Below, piece after piece: positions 34,770-43,484 of a stretch of DNA of 59,235 nucleotides. The position numbers were made by a program, and so were the translations under genes. Each line of letters begins with the position of its first letter. The first letter of the stretch is position 1. The stretch covers positions 1-59,235 of the forward strand of contig JAUVZV010000002.1 of assembly GCA_030602375.1 (NCBI GenBank), in the 5' to 3' direction. This DNA is from Chloroflexota bacterium (GTDB lineage Bacteria; Chloroflexota; Dehalococcoidia; Dehalococcoidales; JAUVZV01). Below the pieces are notes generated by a model, which was given only the letters and a program-made list of their open reading frames with translations, was not told the origin of the DNA and did no database searches.

Positions 34770-35432
34770 CTATAAACCAACTAACACAGAAATTAGTAAC
34801 CGGGCACCCAGAAGAAGCAACAGGAAGCCACAAGCTCGCCTAAAGATGTCTAAAGTTCTAGGAGTCTTAAATAGTGCCTTAGGAATCACGCCGGCAACGA
34901 TCCCCAAGATTATTATCGGCGTGATAATTGCTGGACCGAGCCCAAAGCAAAAGGCATAAAATGCCCCGACTAGAGCACTTTTAGCAGTAGTCGCAATGTA
35001 TGAGAGTACGGCAAGGAGAGGAGCACAAGGGCTAATACCAATTATTAAGCCAAGCAGAGCCATGCTTTTAATGCTATCATTAACCGTGTGCCTAGTTAAG
35101 ACCTGACAGAAGTGAAAGCGAGGCTCTTTCCCCCAGATAATTATTATCCCCACTAGCGAGATGAATGCCCCTGCTGCAACCCAAAGATAAAGAGCCAAAT
35201 TGTGATGCTTAAGAGTACTAACGATTAAATCACCGAAGAGGCCGGCCAGCAGCCCTAATAAAACATAAGCAAAAAGGCGCGATAGCGAGAATATTAGCGT
35301 GGCTCTTAGGCTGTCTCTCCAACCCTCCCTCGTGCCAGCAACATAAAGCCCCAACATTGGGGCGCAAGAAATCACACATTGGCTTGCTCCCAAGGCTATG
35401 CCCATTACAAACAATTCTAAAGGTATGTTCAT
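34770..35432 (-). CDS. CcdA/DsbD-superfamily (DsbD_2-like) thiol:disulfide membrane protein
   Basis: 220 aa with ~6 TM helices. The membrane-embedded Cys motifs are ASQCVISCAPM and GISPCAPLL. Confidence 0.5.
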   Translation of the reverse strand: MNIPLELFVMGIALGASQCVISCAPMLGLYVAGTREGWRDSLRATLIFSLSRLFAYVLLGLLAGLFGDLIVSTLKHHNLALYLWVAAGAFISLVGIIIIWGKEPRFHFCQVLTRHTVNDSIKSMALLGLIIGISPCAPLLAVLSYIATTAKSALVGAFYAFCFGLGPAIITPIIILGIVAGVIPKALFKTPRTLDIFRRACGFLLLLLGARLLISVLVGL

Positions 35433-35536
35433 TTAAGGATAGCCCTACCCGCAAAGAGGAAGCGGGTGCTGGAGAAGGTTCAAAGAAGGCTTCTAGGCTT
35501 GGTTTTACCAAAGTCCTGTTTGGTGCACCAGTAGCT

Positions 35537-37039
35537 TCAGCTACCCCCAACAGCATTGATAATATCCCTGTCCAACCCCTTAAACCGGGAAAGCCACTCC
35601 AGCCTCTCCTGTTTCAAATCGCCTGATATCTCCTCAATCTGTTCCGGAGGGTAGTAAGTGCTAAGGTCAAAGCGGCGCAGGTCAACCCCAGGGATTTCAA
35701 CCGGCACCTCATAGCCCCAGAACTCGTCTTTTGCCCAAGAAATCTTATCGCGGGCTATCATTTCCAGAATCTTCACCGAGTCCACCACGGTTATCTTCTG
35801 CCCTCTCTCCCTGCCGCCGACCATCCCGGTGTTCAAAAGAAAACACTGGATATCAGGATTTTTCTGCAAAATATCAAGGAAGCTGTTACCCTCGTCCTCT
35901 TCCGAACCAATAATAAAAGGATTGGTACCAACCACCCGACGCGGTTTACCCACCTCAGTTGGGTCACCAGCCGAGGTTTCCACCGACTCACCCAACATAA
36001 AGGCAGCCGCTGCCCACTGCCGGTTAAGACACACCACCGGCGGCAAAATGTCATAGCGGCGGGTAATAAACATGATGCAGTTAACCTTTCCCAGGTCAAT
36101 CTCGTCATCAGTAAAAGCAATGTCCCGTCTTTTTACCATGGCCCGACCGTTGGAAGTAAGCGTGGTATTAAAGAAATCAACCTTACCCGTTTCTGGCTCC
36201 ACCCAGACGTTTTCCAGTATTGTCCGAGGACTTATCGCCGCCGCATACAGTAGTGGCTGCATGCCTGGTTCCAGCCCCTCTGTCTTCATATAGAAAGACT
36301 CCTCAGTACCTACAGCACTACCATCGGACTTCAGTATTACCACATCATCCTGGCGAATCACCGCCCTTTCCGGGGGACGCAGCCAATGGGAATGGCAGGA
36401 AAGTGAGGTCTTACCGGTGCCACTAAGACCAAAGAGTAAAAAGCCTATATCCTTAAGCTCGCCATCTCGGAACACCCGCAAGATTTTGCTGGCGGCGTGA
36501 AGCCCAAGATTGCCTTCTCGTTTTGCCCAATACATCACCTGACGAAGCATTGCCTTTTTGTTCTCGCCTTTATAGTCACTGCCTAAAATCAGCGTTAGCC
36601 CATGCTCAGCAAAGACCAAGACCCTCTTTTCTGGCCACTCGGGGACAGTAATAACGGTGAAGTCAGGCTCACCCCCCTCAGACGGGAACATGGTATTACC
36701 CCACATCAGGGGCAGTCGTGAATACTCTGAAGTAACGTAAAGGCGGCAATTTCTCTTAAATCCGGGGGTGTGACACATCACCCTGTCCAGCTTTATCATC
36801 TCTTTACCCTGCAAATACTGCAAAACCTTACCCACCAGCTCGATATTTTCCTGGTCAAGCCCACCCGTCACCACCTCAGTAAACTTGGCAATCCGGTTGC
36901 GTACTATGGTCGTCACCGAAAGATTGCCGAATTCCGTTATCACCCCCCCCTGCTCCAGCGACCACTCCCTGAGTTTTTCCTCGGAGGGGTTATTAATTAT
37001 TCTTTTCGGCTTAAATCCTTGGGCAAAAATATCCAGCAT
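35537..37039 (-). CDS. pckA: phosphoenolpyruvate carboxykinase (ATP)-like, divergent
   Basis: 500 aa with the ATG after GGAGGTGAGG. It has the kinase-1a motif FGLSGTGKTSLS and a downstream LENVWVEPETGKVDF..TSNGRAM block alignable to ATP-PEPCK. Confidence 0.65.
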   Translation of the reverse strand: MLDIFAQGFKPKRIINNPSEEKLREWSLEQGGVITEFGNLSVTTIVRNRIAKFTEVVTGGLDQENIELVGKVLQYLQGKEMIKLDRVMCHTPGFKRNCRLYVTSEYSRLPLMWGNTMFPSEGGEPDFTVITVPEWPEKRVLVFAEHGLTLILGSDYKGENKKAMLRQVMYWAKREGNLGLHAASKILRVFRDGELKDIGFLLFGLSGTGKTSLSCHSHWLRPPERAVIRQDDVVILKSDGSAVGTEESFYMKTEGLEPGMQPLLYAAAISPRTILENVWVEPETGKVDFFNTTLTSNGRAMVKRRDIAFTDDEIDLGKVNCIMFITRRYDILPPVVCLNRQWAAAAFMLGESVETSAGDPTEVGKPRRVVGTNPFIIGSEEDEGNSFLDILQKNPDIQCFLLNTGMVGGRERGQKITVVDSVKILEMIARDKISWAKDEFWGYEVPVEIPGVDLRRFDLSTYYPPEQIEEISGDLKQERLEWLSRFKGLDRDIINAVGGS

Positions 37040-37088
37040 GCCTCACCTCCAAGTGTGTGTTACAATGGATAAAGTCCTGCTAACTCTC

Positions 37089-37118
37089 ATTATAAGATTT
37101 AAACTCCACCGTAATCAA
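37089..37118 (-). promoter_or_regulatory. sigma70-like promoter (TTGATT-18-TATAAT) for the pckA-like gene
   Basis: The minus strand reads TTGATT acggtggagtttaaatct TATAAT, about 45 nt upstream of ATG 37039. Confidence 0.4.
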
Positions 37119-37134
37119 ATAGAGGGCGTTTTTT

Positions 37135-37620
37135 ATGATTTACGAGCTTAGTCCAGAGGATATTGACCGGGTTTACTTTATCATCAATGAGGCAGCCAAA
37201 GCCTACCAAGGCTTTATACCCACTGACTGCTACCATGAGCCCTATATGTCCATAGATGAGCTAAAACGAGAAATGAAACGCATCACCTTCTTCGGCTGGG
37301 AAGTAGAGGGTGAGATTTTAGGCGTCATGGGGTTTGAACGGGTTGGAGATGTTACCCTTATCCGTCATGCCTATGTACTGCCCCAGTACCAGAGACAGGG
37401 AATTAGCAGCAAGCTCTTAACTAATTTAAAGGGTATGGTTATCACCCCCCGCCTTCTGGTAGGTACCTGGGCTGATGCCAGGTGGGCAGTTCGTTTCTAT
37501 GAGAAACACGGCTTTAAGCTCCTGCCCAATAAGGATGAGCTACTTAAGACCTACTGGGATATCCCCCAGCGGCAGATTGAGACCTCAGTGGTTCTGGGGA
37601 TAAATATTTTAAAAAATTAA
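37135..37620 (+). CDS. GNAT-family N-acetyltransferase
   Basis: 161 aa with the acetyl-CoA motif region VLPQYQRQGISSKLLTN and YEKHGFK. Confidence 0.75.
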   Translation: MIYELSPEDIDRVYFIINEAAKAYQGFIPTDCYHEPYMSIDELKREMKRITFFGWEVEGEILGVMGFERVGDVTLIRHAYVLPQYQRQGISSKLLTNLKGMVITPRLLVGTWADARWAVRFYEKHGFKLLPNKDELLKTYWDIPQRQIETSVVLGINILKN

Positions 37621-37629
37621 GGAGAGCAA

Positions 37630-38532
37630 ATGATCTTCTCACCGAAGGCTAGGGAGCGATTCCAAAAAAAACCGGCACAGGCAATTGAGGAGGAAATCAA
37701 GGCATTTACCCGAACCAGCCCCCTTAACCGTATGCCTGGTATGGAAAACCAGGTTATCTTTGATAAACCACTGGTGCAGTTTGCCGATGTTGATGACCCC
37801 ATCTTTACCGAGTACAAGACCATCATTGCCCCCAGCCACCTCACCCCTCGTGAGGCGCTGGCTAAAGCCTCAGGCAAAAGCGCCGAAGGCTTACCGGCAC
37901 GCCTCTCCATAATCAGCTGGATTCTGCCCATTACCGAAAAGACCCGCCTCTCCAACCGGCGGCAAACAAAATCCCCGTCCCGCCTCTGGTCATACACCCG
38001 CTGGTACGGGGAGAAGTTTAATGAAGCCTTGCGGCAACATATGGTTCAAGTCCTTACTCAATTGGGTTATCTGGCAGTAGCACCAATGATGCAGCCCTAC
38101 TTCAAGGAGTTTACCAATGAGAAAGGAAAATACTCAAACTGGTCGGAGCGGCACATCGCCTACGCTGCCGGACTGGGCACCTTCTCGCTTTCTGATGGTT
38201 TTATCACCGAGCGCGGCATCGCCCACCGCTGCGGCAGCGTGGTCACCGACCTTATATTGCCAGTAAGCCCAAGAGTAGCCAAAGACCCGTATTCAAACTG
38301 CCCTTTCTATGTAGACGGTAGCTGTAAAGCCTGCATCACCCGCTGCCCCGCCGGGGCTATTAGTGAAAGTGGCCACGACAAGATAAAATGCTTTGAACAT
38401 ATGCAAGAACCCGAGCTACTGAAAGAGTATCAGGTTGGGAAATTAGGCTGCGGGCTCTGCCAGACTAAGGTCCCGTGTGAATACAGAAACCCGACGAGGA
38501 AGGTATCTCCCCCCACACCCCATCATCTCTAA
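37630..38532 (+). CDS. QueG/RdhA-superfamily Fe-S protein (epoxyqueuosine-reductase-like)
   Basis: 300 aa with the ATG 6 nt after AAGGAG. C-terminal Cys motifs are CPFYVDGSCKACITRCP and CGLCQTKVPC. There is no Tat signal and no anchor gene. Confidence 0.4.
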   Translation: MIFSPKARERFQKKPAQAIEEEIKAFTRTSPLNRMPGMENQVIFDKPLVQFADVDDPIFTEYKTIIAPSHLTPREALAKASGKSAEGLPARLSIISWILPITEKTRLSNRRQTKSPSRLWSYTRWYGEKFNEALRQHMVQVLTQLGYLAVAPMMQPYFKEFTNEKGKYSNWSERHIAYAAGLGTFSLSDGFITERGIAHRCGSVVTDLILPVSPRVAKDPYSNCPFYVDGSCKACITRCPAGAISESGHDKIKCFEHMQEPELLKEYQVGKLGCGLCQTKVPCEYRNPTRKVSPPTPHHL

Positions 38533-39763
38533 TCTCCACCAGCTTCAGCGGCAGCAGCTTATTGGTTAAATCTTTATTACTTTCAGTATAGACCTTGATG
38601 TAGTTGGGGGTGAGTCCGGACCAGACGCCAGAAGGTGAGCGCTTCTCCCAAAGTACTGGCATTATCTTACCCGAGAATTTCTGATTAAAGTTTCGGGTGC
38701 TTTGGCAGGCTAGAGAAAGCATTCGCTTGGTTCGCTCTCTTTTTATTTGAGGTGATAGCGTATCGGGGAACTGAGCAGCCTCAGTACCATCACGGGGGGA
38801 ATAGGGGAAAACATGGATTCGGGCAAAGCCCATCTGCTGAGAAAGCTCATAGCTTTCCAAAAACTCAGCCTCACTCTCACCGGGGAAGCCGACGATAATA
38901 TCAGTGGTGATGGCAACATCAGGCACCATATTACGGATTAAGGCTACCACCTGCTGGTACTCACCAGCCCTATAACGCCGATTCATTAGCTTTAGCACCC
39001 TGTCACTGCCACTCTGCAGCGAGAGGTGAAAATGCGGGCATAAGCGGCTATCCCGCCACAGCTTTAGCAGCCCCGGATGGATTTCTTGAGGTTGCAGAGA
39101 AGACAGTCTTAATCTTTTAATATCAGTTTCAGCCAGGATGCGCTCAAGTAGCCCCTTCAAGTCTATGCCATCATGCTTATAGGAGCCAACTTTGACCCCA
39201 GTTATTACCACCTCTTTATAGCCCGCTTCAATCTTCGTCCTGATGTGAGCGATAATCTCATCAGCAGGCAGGCTTTTTTCTCTTCCCCGCACCAGAGGCA
39301 CAATGCAGTAGGAGCAAAAGTTGCTGCAACCATCCTGAACCTTAATTAAAGCACGGGTCTTGAAGCCATTCCGGGCAAATAAACGCTGTCTAGTGGCGGG
39401 CATCCGGTGCAAGTGACCCTTCTCTTCCAGCACCTGAGGCAGTCGGGGCTTTTCATCACCACCAATAACCAGACTAACCCCATCAATATGAGCCAGCTCC
39501 TTTGGGGCACGCTGAGCATAGCATCCTGTAGCCACCACCAGTGCCTCAGGGTTCAGGCGATGAGCCAGCCTCAGCAGGTGCCGAGATTTACGGTCGGCGA
39601 TATGGGTTACGCTGCAGGTATTCAGTATGTAGATATCAGCGGCACTATCCGGGGATACCAGCCTCAAGCCTGCCCGAGTAAATTGGCCTGCCAGAAGCTC
39701 CGTCTCTGCCTGATTTAGCTTACAACCTAAAGTAGCCAGGGCAACCCTTATCTCATTAGGCAT
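38465..39763 (-). CDS. mtaB: tRNA methylthiotransferase MtaB (MiaB-like radical SAM)
   Basis: I prefer ATG 39763 (MPNEIRVALATLGCKLNQAE). The radical SAM motif is GCSNFCSYC, with a C-terminal TRAM-like tail. Confidence 0.8.
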   Translation of the reverse strand: MPNEIRVALATLGCKLNQAETELLAGQFTRAGLRLVSPDSAADIYILNTCSVTHIADRKSRHLLRLAHRLNPEALVVATGCYAQRAPKELAHIDGVSLVIGGDEKPRLPQVLEEKGHLHRMPATRQRLFARNGFKTRALIKVQDGCSNFCSYCIVPLVRGREKSLPADEIIAHIRTKIEAGYKEVVITGVKVGSYKHDGIDLKGLLERILAETDIKRLRLSSLQPQEIHPGLLKLWRDSRLCPHFHLSLQSGSDRVLKLMNRRYRAGEYQQVVALIRNMVPDVAITTDIIVGFPGESEAEFLESYELSQQMGFARIHVFPYSPRDGTEAAQFPDTLSPQIKRERTKRMLSLACQSTRNFNQKFSGKIMPVLWEKRSPSGVWSGLTPNYIKVYTESNKDLTNKLLPLKLVEIRDDGVWGEIPSSSGFCIHTGP

Positions 39764-39885
39764 CCTATCCACCAAAGTCTCCACGTCTACCTTGACAACC
39801 AAATACAGGTGCAGTATATTATTGATACCCTCATCAGTCAAATCACACCGCTTCAGAATCCAAGAGGTCTCACCACGAAAAGTAA

Positions 39886-41145
39886 GTGATTAAGTCAAAC
39901 GCTGAGAACAGAGTTGTGGTCACCGGGATAGGCATCCTGTGCCCACTCGGCTTAGATGCTGCCACTACCTGGAAAGCCCTTATTGTCGGTGAGTCTGGCA
40001 TTGATTACATCACCCTCTTTGACCCCGAACTTTTTGATACCAAGATTGCCGGTGAGGTGAAGGGGTTTGAGCCGACCACTTATATCAACCAAAAGGATGC
40101 CCGCCGCATGGACCGCTTTGCCCAACTGGCGGTAGCTTCAAGCCTTCAGGCAGTAGAGCAGGCTAAACTTAAGATTACCCCCTCAAACCAAAACGGTATT
40201 GGCGTAATCTTTGGTAGCGGTATCGGGGGCTTAATTACCCTCTCCGAACAAATCAAGATACTCCTCGAGCAGGGGCCAAGCCGGATAAGCCCCTTCCTAG
40301 TGCCGATGATGACACCGGACATGGCAGCAGCGCAGGTATCAATTTTATTGGGTGCCAAGGGACCAAATTTCTGTACTACCTCAGCCTGTTCCAGCGGTGC
40401 CGATGCTATCGGGGTTGCCGGTGAAATAATCAAGCGTGGTGATGCTCAGGCAATGATAGCCGGCGGTAGTGAAACCATAATTACCCCAATAGGTTTTGCC
40501 GGTTTTAATGCCCTTAAAGCCCTCTCCACACGAAATGACCAGCCAAAACTAGCCTCCCGCCCCTTTGATGCTGAGCGTGATGGCTTTGTTATTGGTGAAG
40601 GGGCGGCCTCGCTACTTCTGGAAGACCTCAGCTTTGCTCAAAAGCGAGGGGTGCCGATATTAGCTGAAGTGCTTGGTTACGGAGCCAGCGGTGATGCCTT
40701 CCATATTACCCAGCCAGCCCTCAATGGCGAGGGAGCAGCCCAAGCGATGAAGAAAGTGCTCAATAAGGCAGGCCTCAAGCCTACTGAAGTCGATTATATC
40801 AATGCTCATGGCACAGCCACACCCCTAAACGATAAAGTGGAAACCCGAGCGATAAAGGCGGTATTTGGTGACTATGCCTATAAAATTCCGATAAGCTCGA
40901 CCAAATCAATGATGGGACATCTTATCGGTAGCGCCGGTGCGGTTGAGGCGGCAATAACGGTCATGGCCATCCAGAACGATATCATACCGCCAACGATTAA
41001 CCTTACCCACCCTGACCCTGAATGTGACTTGGATTATGTACCCAATGTAGCCCGTCCGGCCAAGGTTACCACCGCTCTCTCCAATGCCTTTGGCTTTGGT
41101 GGTCATAATTCCGTTCTTGCTTTCCGAAAATATACCGAGGGGTAA
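39886..41145 (+). CDS. fabF: beta-ketoacyl-ACP synthase II, copy 2
   Basis: GTG start. Motifs are NRVVVTGIGILCP, TSACSSGADAIG, NAHGTAT, TKSMMGHLIGSAG and GFGGHNSVL. Confidence 0.85.
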   Translation: MIKSNAENRVVVTGIGILCPLGLDAATTWKALIVGESGIDYITLFDPELFDTKIAGEVKGFEPTTYINQKDARRMDRFAQLAVASSLQAVEQAKLKITPSNQNGIGVIFGSGIGGLITLSEQIKILLEQGPSRISPFLVPMMTPDMAAAQVSILLGAKGPNFCTTSACSSGADAIGVAGEIIKRGDAQAMIAGGSETIITPIGFAGFNALKALSTRNDQPKLASRPFDAERDGFVIGEGAASLLLEDLSFAQKRGVPILAEVLGYGASGDAFHITQPALNGEGAAQAMKKVLNKAGLKPTEVDYINAHGTATPLNDKVETRAIKAVFGDYAYKIPISSTKSMMGHLIGSAGAVEAAITVMAIQNDIIPPTINLTHPDPECDLDYVPNVARPAKVTTALSNAFGFGGHNSVLAFRKYTEG

Positions 41146-41147
41146 GC

Positions 41148-42842
41148 TTGAACCATAGTCGCTGGAAACTTCTGCCACCCGCCCCGGAAAATCACCCGCT
41201 TATGACTTCAGGCTTTTCCCCACTGATAGCCCAGCTTCTCTATAATCGTGGACTCACCGAACCATCAGAGATAAAGCCTTTCCTTACTGCCGACAGGAGT
41301 CTCTCCTCCAACCCCTACCTTTTGCCTGACATGTCCAAGGCGGTAGCCAGAATTTACCAAGCCCTGCTTTCAGGAGAGAGTATTGCTATTTATGGGGACT
41401 ATGACGCCGATGGCATTACGGCTACTGCCATTCTGGTAAAGGGGCTATCAATGTTGGGGGGTAAGGCTACCCCATATATCCCCCATCGCATGACCGAAGG
41501 CTACGGCCTTAGAACCACGGCACTGGAGAAACTCTCTGCTCAAGGCATCAGCCTAGTCATCACTGTTGATTGTGGAATTACTGCCCTTACCGAAGTTAAA
41601 AAAGCCAAAAGAATGGGACTGCAGATAATTATTACTGACCACCATACCCCACTTGATGAAATCCCTCAAGCCTTGGCGATTGTTAATCCCAAGCTACCCG
41701 ACTCAAGTTATCCCTTTACCGAACTGACTGCTGCCGGGGTTGCCTTCAAACTCCTTGAGGCCCTCTTCCAAGGCATGGGCAGAGAGCACCAACTGGATGA
41801 ACTTGCCGACCTAGTAGCTCTGGGAACGGTTGCCGATATGGCGCCGCTAGTAAAAGATAACCGATACCTGGTTAAGAAGGGGCTCAAATTGATTAACACT
41901 ACGCCACGCCTTGGCATCAGGGAGATGATAACCCAAGCCAGACTAAATGTGGGCGATATTGATGCTGAGTGTATCTCCTGGGTCCTAGCCCCGCGACTTA
42001 ATGCCGCTGGCAGGTTGGCTCACGCCCTCTCAAGTTATAAACTCCTGCTCACTGACTCCCCAACTGAGGCACAAGAGCTAGCTAACTGGCTGGAGCAGAA
42101 AAACCTGGAACGGCAAAACCTGACCATCAAAACACTGGCCCAAGCTAGAGGAGAGGTTTTAGCTCAGGGAATTTCACCGCTCTTGTTAGCTAGTGACAAG
42201 GATTATCCCATTGGCATTACCGGGCTGGTAGCCTCAAGACTGGCTGGGGAATTCTACCGCCCCAGTATCGTGGTCAGGACTGGCGAGCGGATGTCAAGCG
42301 GCAGTTGCCGCAGTATCCCCGAGTTTAATATCATTCATGCTTTAACCCAATGCCAAAAACTGCTCACTTACTTCGGCGGACACTCTCAGGCTGCTGGCTT
42401 TTCCCTGCCAACGAGAAACCTGGCTCGCTTTGCAGAAACGCTTGCCCATCTTGCCTCCACCGAACTGGAAGGGCTTGACCTGCGCCCGCAACTTGAGATT
42501 GACGCCCGCATCACCCTGCCCGAACTGGGGGGAGATACCTTTAAGATAACGCAAAGGCTTGCCCCCTTTGGTCGGGGTAATCCCCAACCTACCTTCCTCA
42601 GCCGTAGGGTGCAGGTTGTTGATTGCCACACTATGGGGAGCAGTAGTGAGCACCTGAAACTTAAACTAAAGCAGGGTGGTACGGTATGGGACGGGGTAGC
42701 CTTTGGCTGGGGAAGCCATTTATCAGAGGTGTCCCAAGAACTTGATATTGTCTATAACCTGGAAATAGACCGCTGGAAAAATGAGGAGCGGCTAAGGCTT
42801 AATATCCTTGATTTTGCCCCTGCTGTTACCACCCCGACCTGA
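41148..42842 (+). CDS. recJ: single-stranded-DNA-specific exonuclease RecJ
   Basis: TTG start after GAGGGG. It has DHH-family motifs (IYGDYDADGITA, TVDCGI, IITDHHTP) and a DHHA1 region. Confidence 0.85.
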   Translation: MNHSRWKLLPPAPENHPLMTSGFSPLIAQLLYNRGLTEPSEIKPFLTADRSLSSNPYLLPDMSKAVARIYQALLSGESIAIYGDYDADGITATAILVKGLSMLGGKATPYIPHRMTEGYGLRTTALEKLSAQGISLVITVDCGITALTEVKKAKRMGLQIIITDHHTPLDEIPQALAIVNPKLPDSSYPFTELTAAGVAFKLLEALFQGMGREHQLDELADLVALGTVADMAPLVKDNRYLVKKGLKLINTTPRLGIREMITQARLNVGDIDAECISWVLAPRLNAAGRLAHALSSYKLLLTDSPTEAQELANWLEQKNLERQNLTIKTLAQARGEVLAQGISPLLLASDKDYPIGITGLVASRLAGEFYRPSIVVRTGERMSSGSCRSIPEFNIIHALTQCQKLLTYFGGHSQAAGFSLPTRNLARFAETLAHLASTELEGLDLRPQLEIDARITLPELGGDTFKITQRLAPFGRGNPQPTFLSRRVQVVDCHTMGSSSEHLKLKLKQGGTVWDGVAFGWGSHLSEVSQELDIVYNLEIDRWKNEERLRLNILDFAPAVTTPT

Positions 42843-43449
42843 TATGCCCGGCAATTATATCTATCGCCTCAAATAAATCAGACGAGGGCAAAAGGTAGGA
42901 AGTCCTGACCCTGGCGTATTCATACTTTGGCTCAGGATAAATTAAGATACTGCCCTTCTGCTTATCGTGTTGCGCCTGCATTAACCTGTCTTTCAGCTGA
43001 TAGTCAAAGTTAAGCTCACGGGACAAATGGCCATCCCCTTTAAATTCAATATCAACTACCTTACCCCAGATACCAGAACTCCTCTTTTTAACCATCGTGG
43101 TTTTCTTTCTATTCTTTTCACTAGACCAGTCAGGCTTTTTCACCAGAAAGTCAAGAAAGTAATTGACCCCGTACTGGCTGGAGACACTGGCAACATTGAT
43201 ATAGTCTATTTTCCTACCCTCTAGCCTGATAAGACCCTCAGACCTCTGACCCCCGAAACGACCTGCCCCCACCTTCTCTTCCTCCGCTCCCTTTTCCATC
43301 AGGGATGCTTTGACCCCCATCGCTTTAAGGTGCTCCAAGAGTTCTTCCCTCTTCTGGGGGCCAGCCTTTTTCCTTGCCTTAAGCGCCAGTGGTAAGAGAA
43401 CAACAAAAATAAGCGCCGTGATAATTCCGATAAGACTTGACCACTCCAC
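42826..43449 (-). CDS. hypothetical membrane-anchored protein
   Basis: 207 aa with a GTG start and a single N-terminal TM helix followed by KARKKAG. I recognise no family. The 3' end overlaps the recJ 3' end by 17 nt. Confidence 0.45.
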   Translation of the reverse strand: MEWSSLIGIITALIFVVLLPLALKARKKAGPQKREELLEHLKAMGVKASLMEKGAEEEKVGAGRFGGQRSEGLIRLEGRKIDYINVASVSSQYGVNYFLDFLVKKPDWSSEKNRKKTTMVKKRSSGIWGKVVDIEFKGDGHLSRELNFDYQLKDRLMQAQHDKQKGSILIYPEPKYEYARVRTSYLLPSSDLFEAIDIIAGHIRSGW

Positions 43450-43484
43450 GACTTACTCCTCCCAAGTCTATAAATGTTAGATTG

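Noticed and set aside
37630-38532. Respiratory reductive dehalogenase (RdhA)
   Set aside because: It is only 300 aa, lacks a twin-arginine signal and has no adjacent rdhB-like anchor gene. I kept it as a QueG/RdhA-superfamily protein of uncertain function.
27249-41145. Inverted fabF copies as boundaries of a composite transposon or genomic island
   Set aside because: The two copies are similar at protein level only, and their DNA is clearly diverged. No transposase, integrase, tRNA target or direct repeats are visible. The interior includes ordinary housekeeping genes (pckA-like, mtaB).
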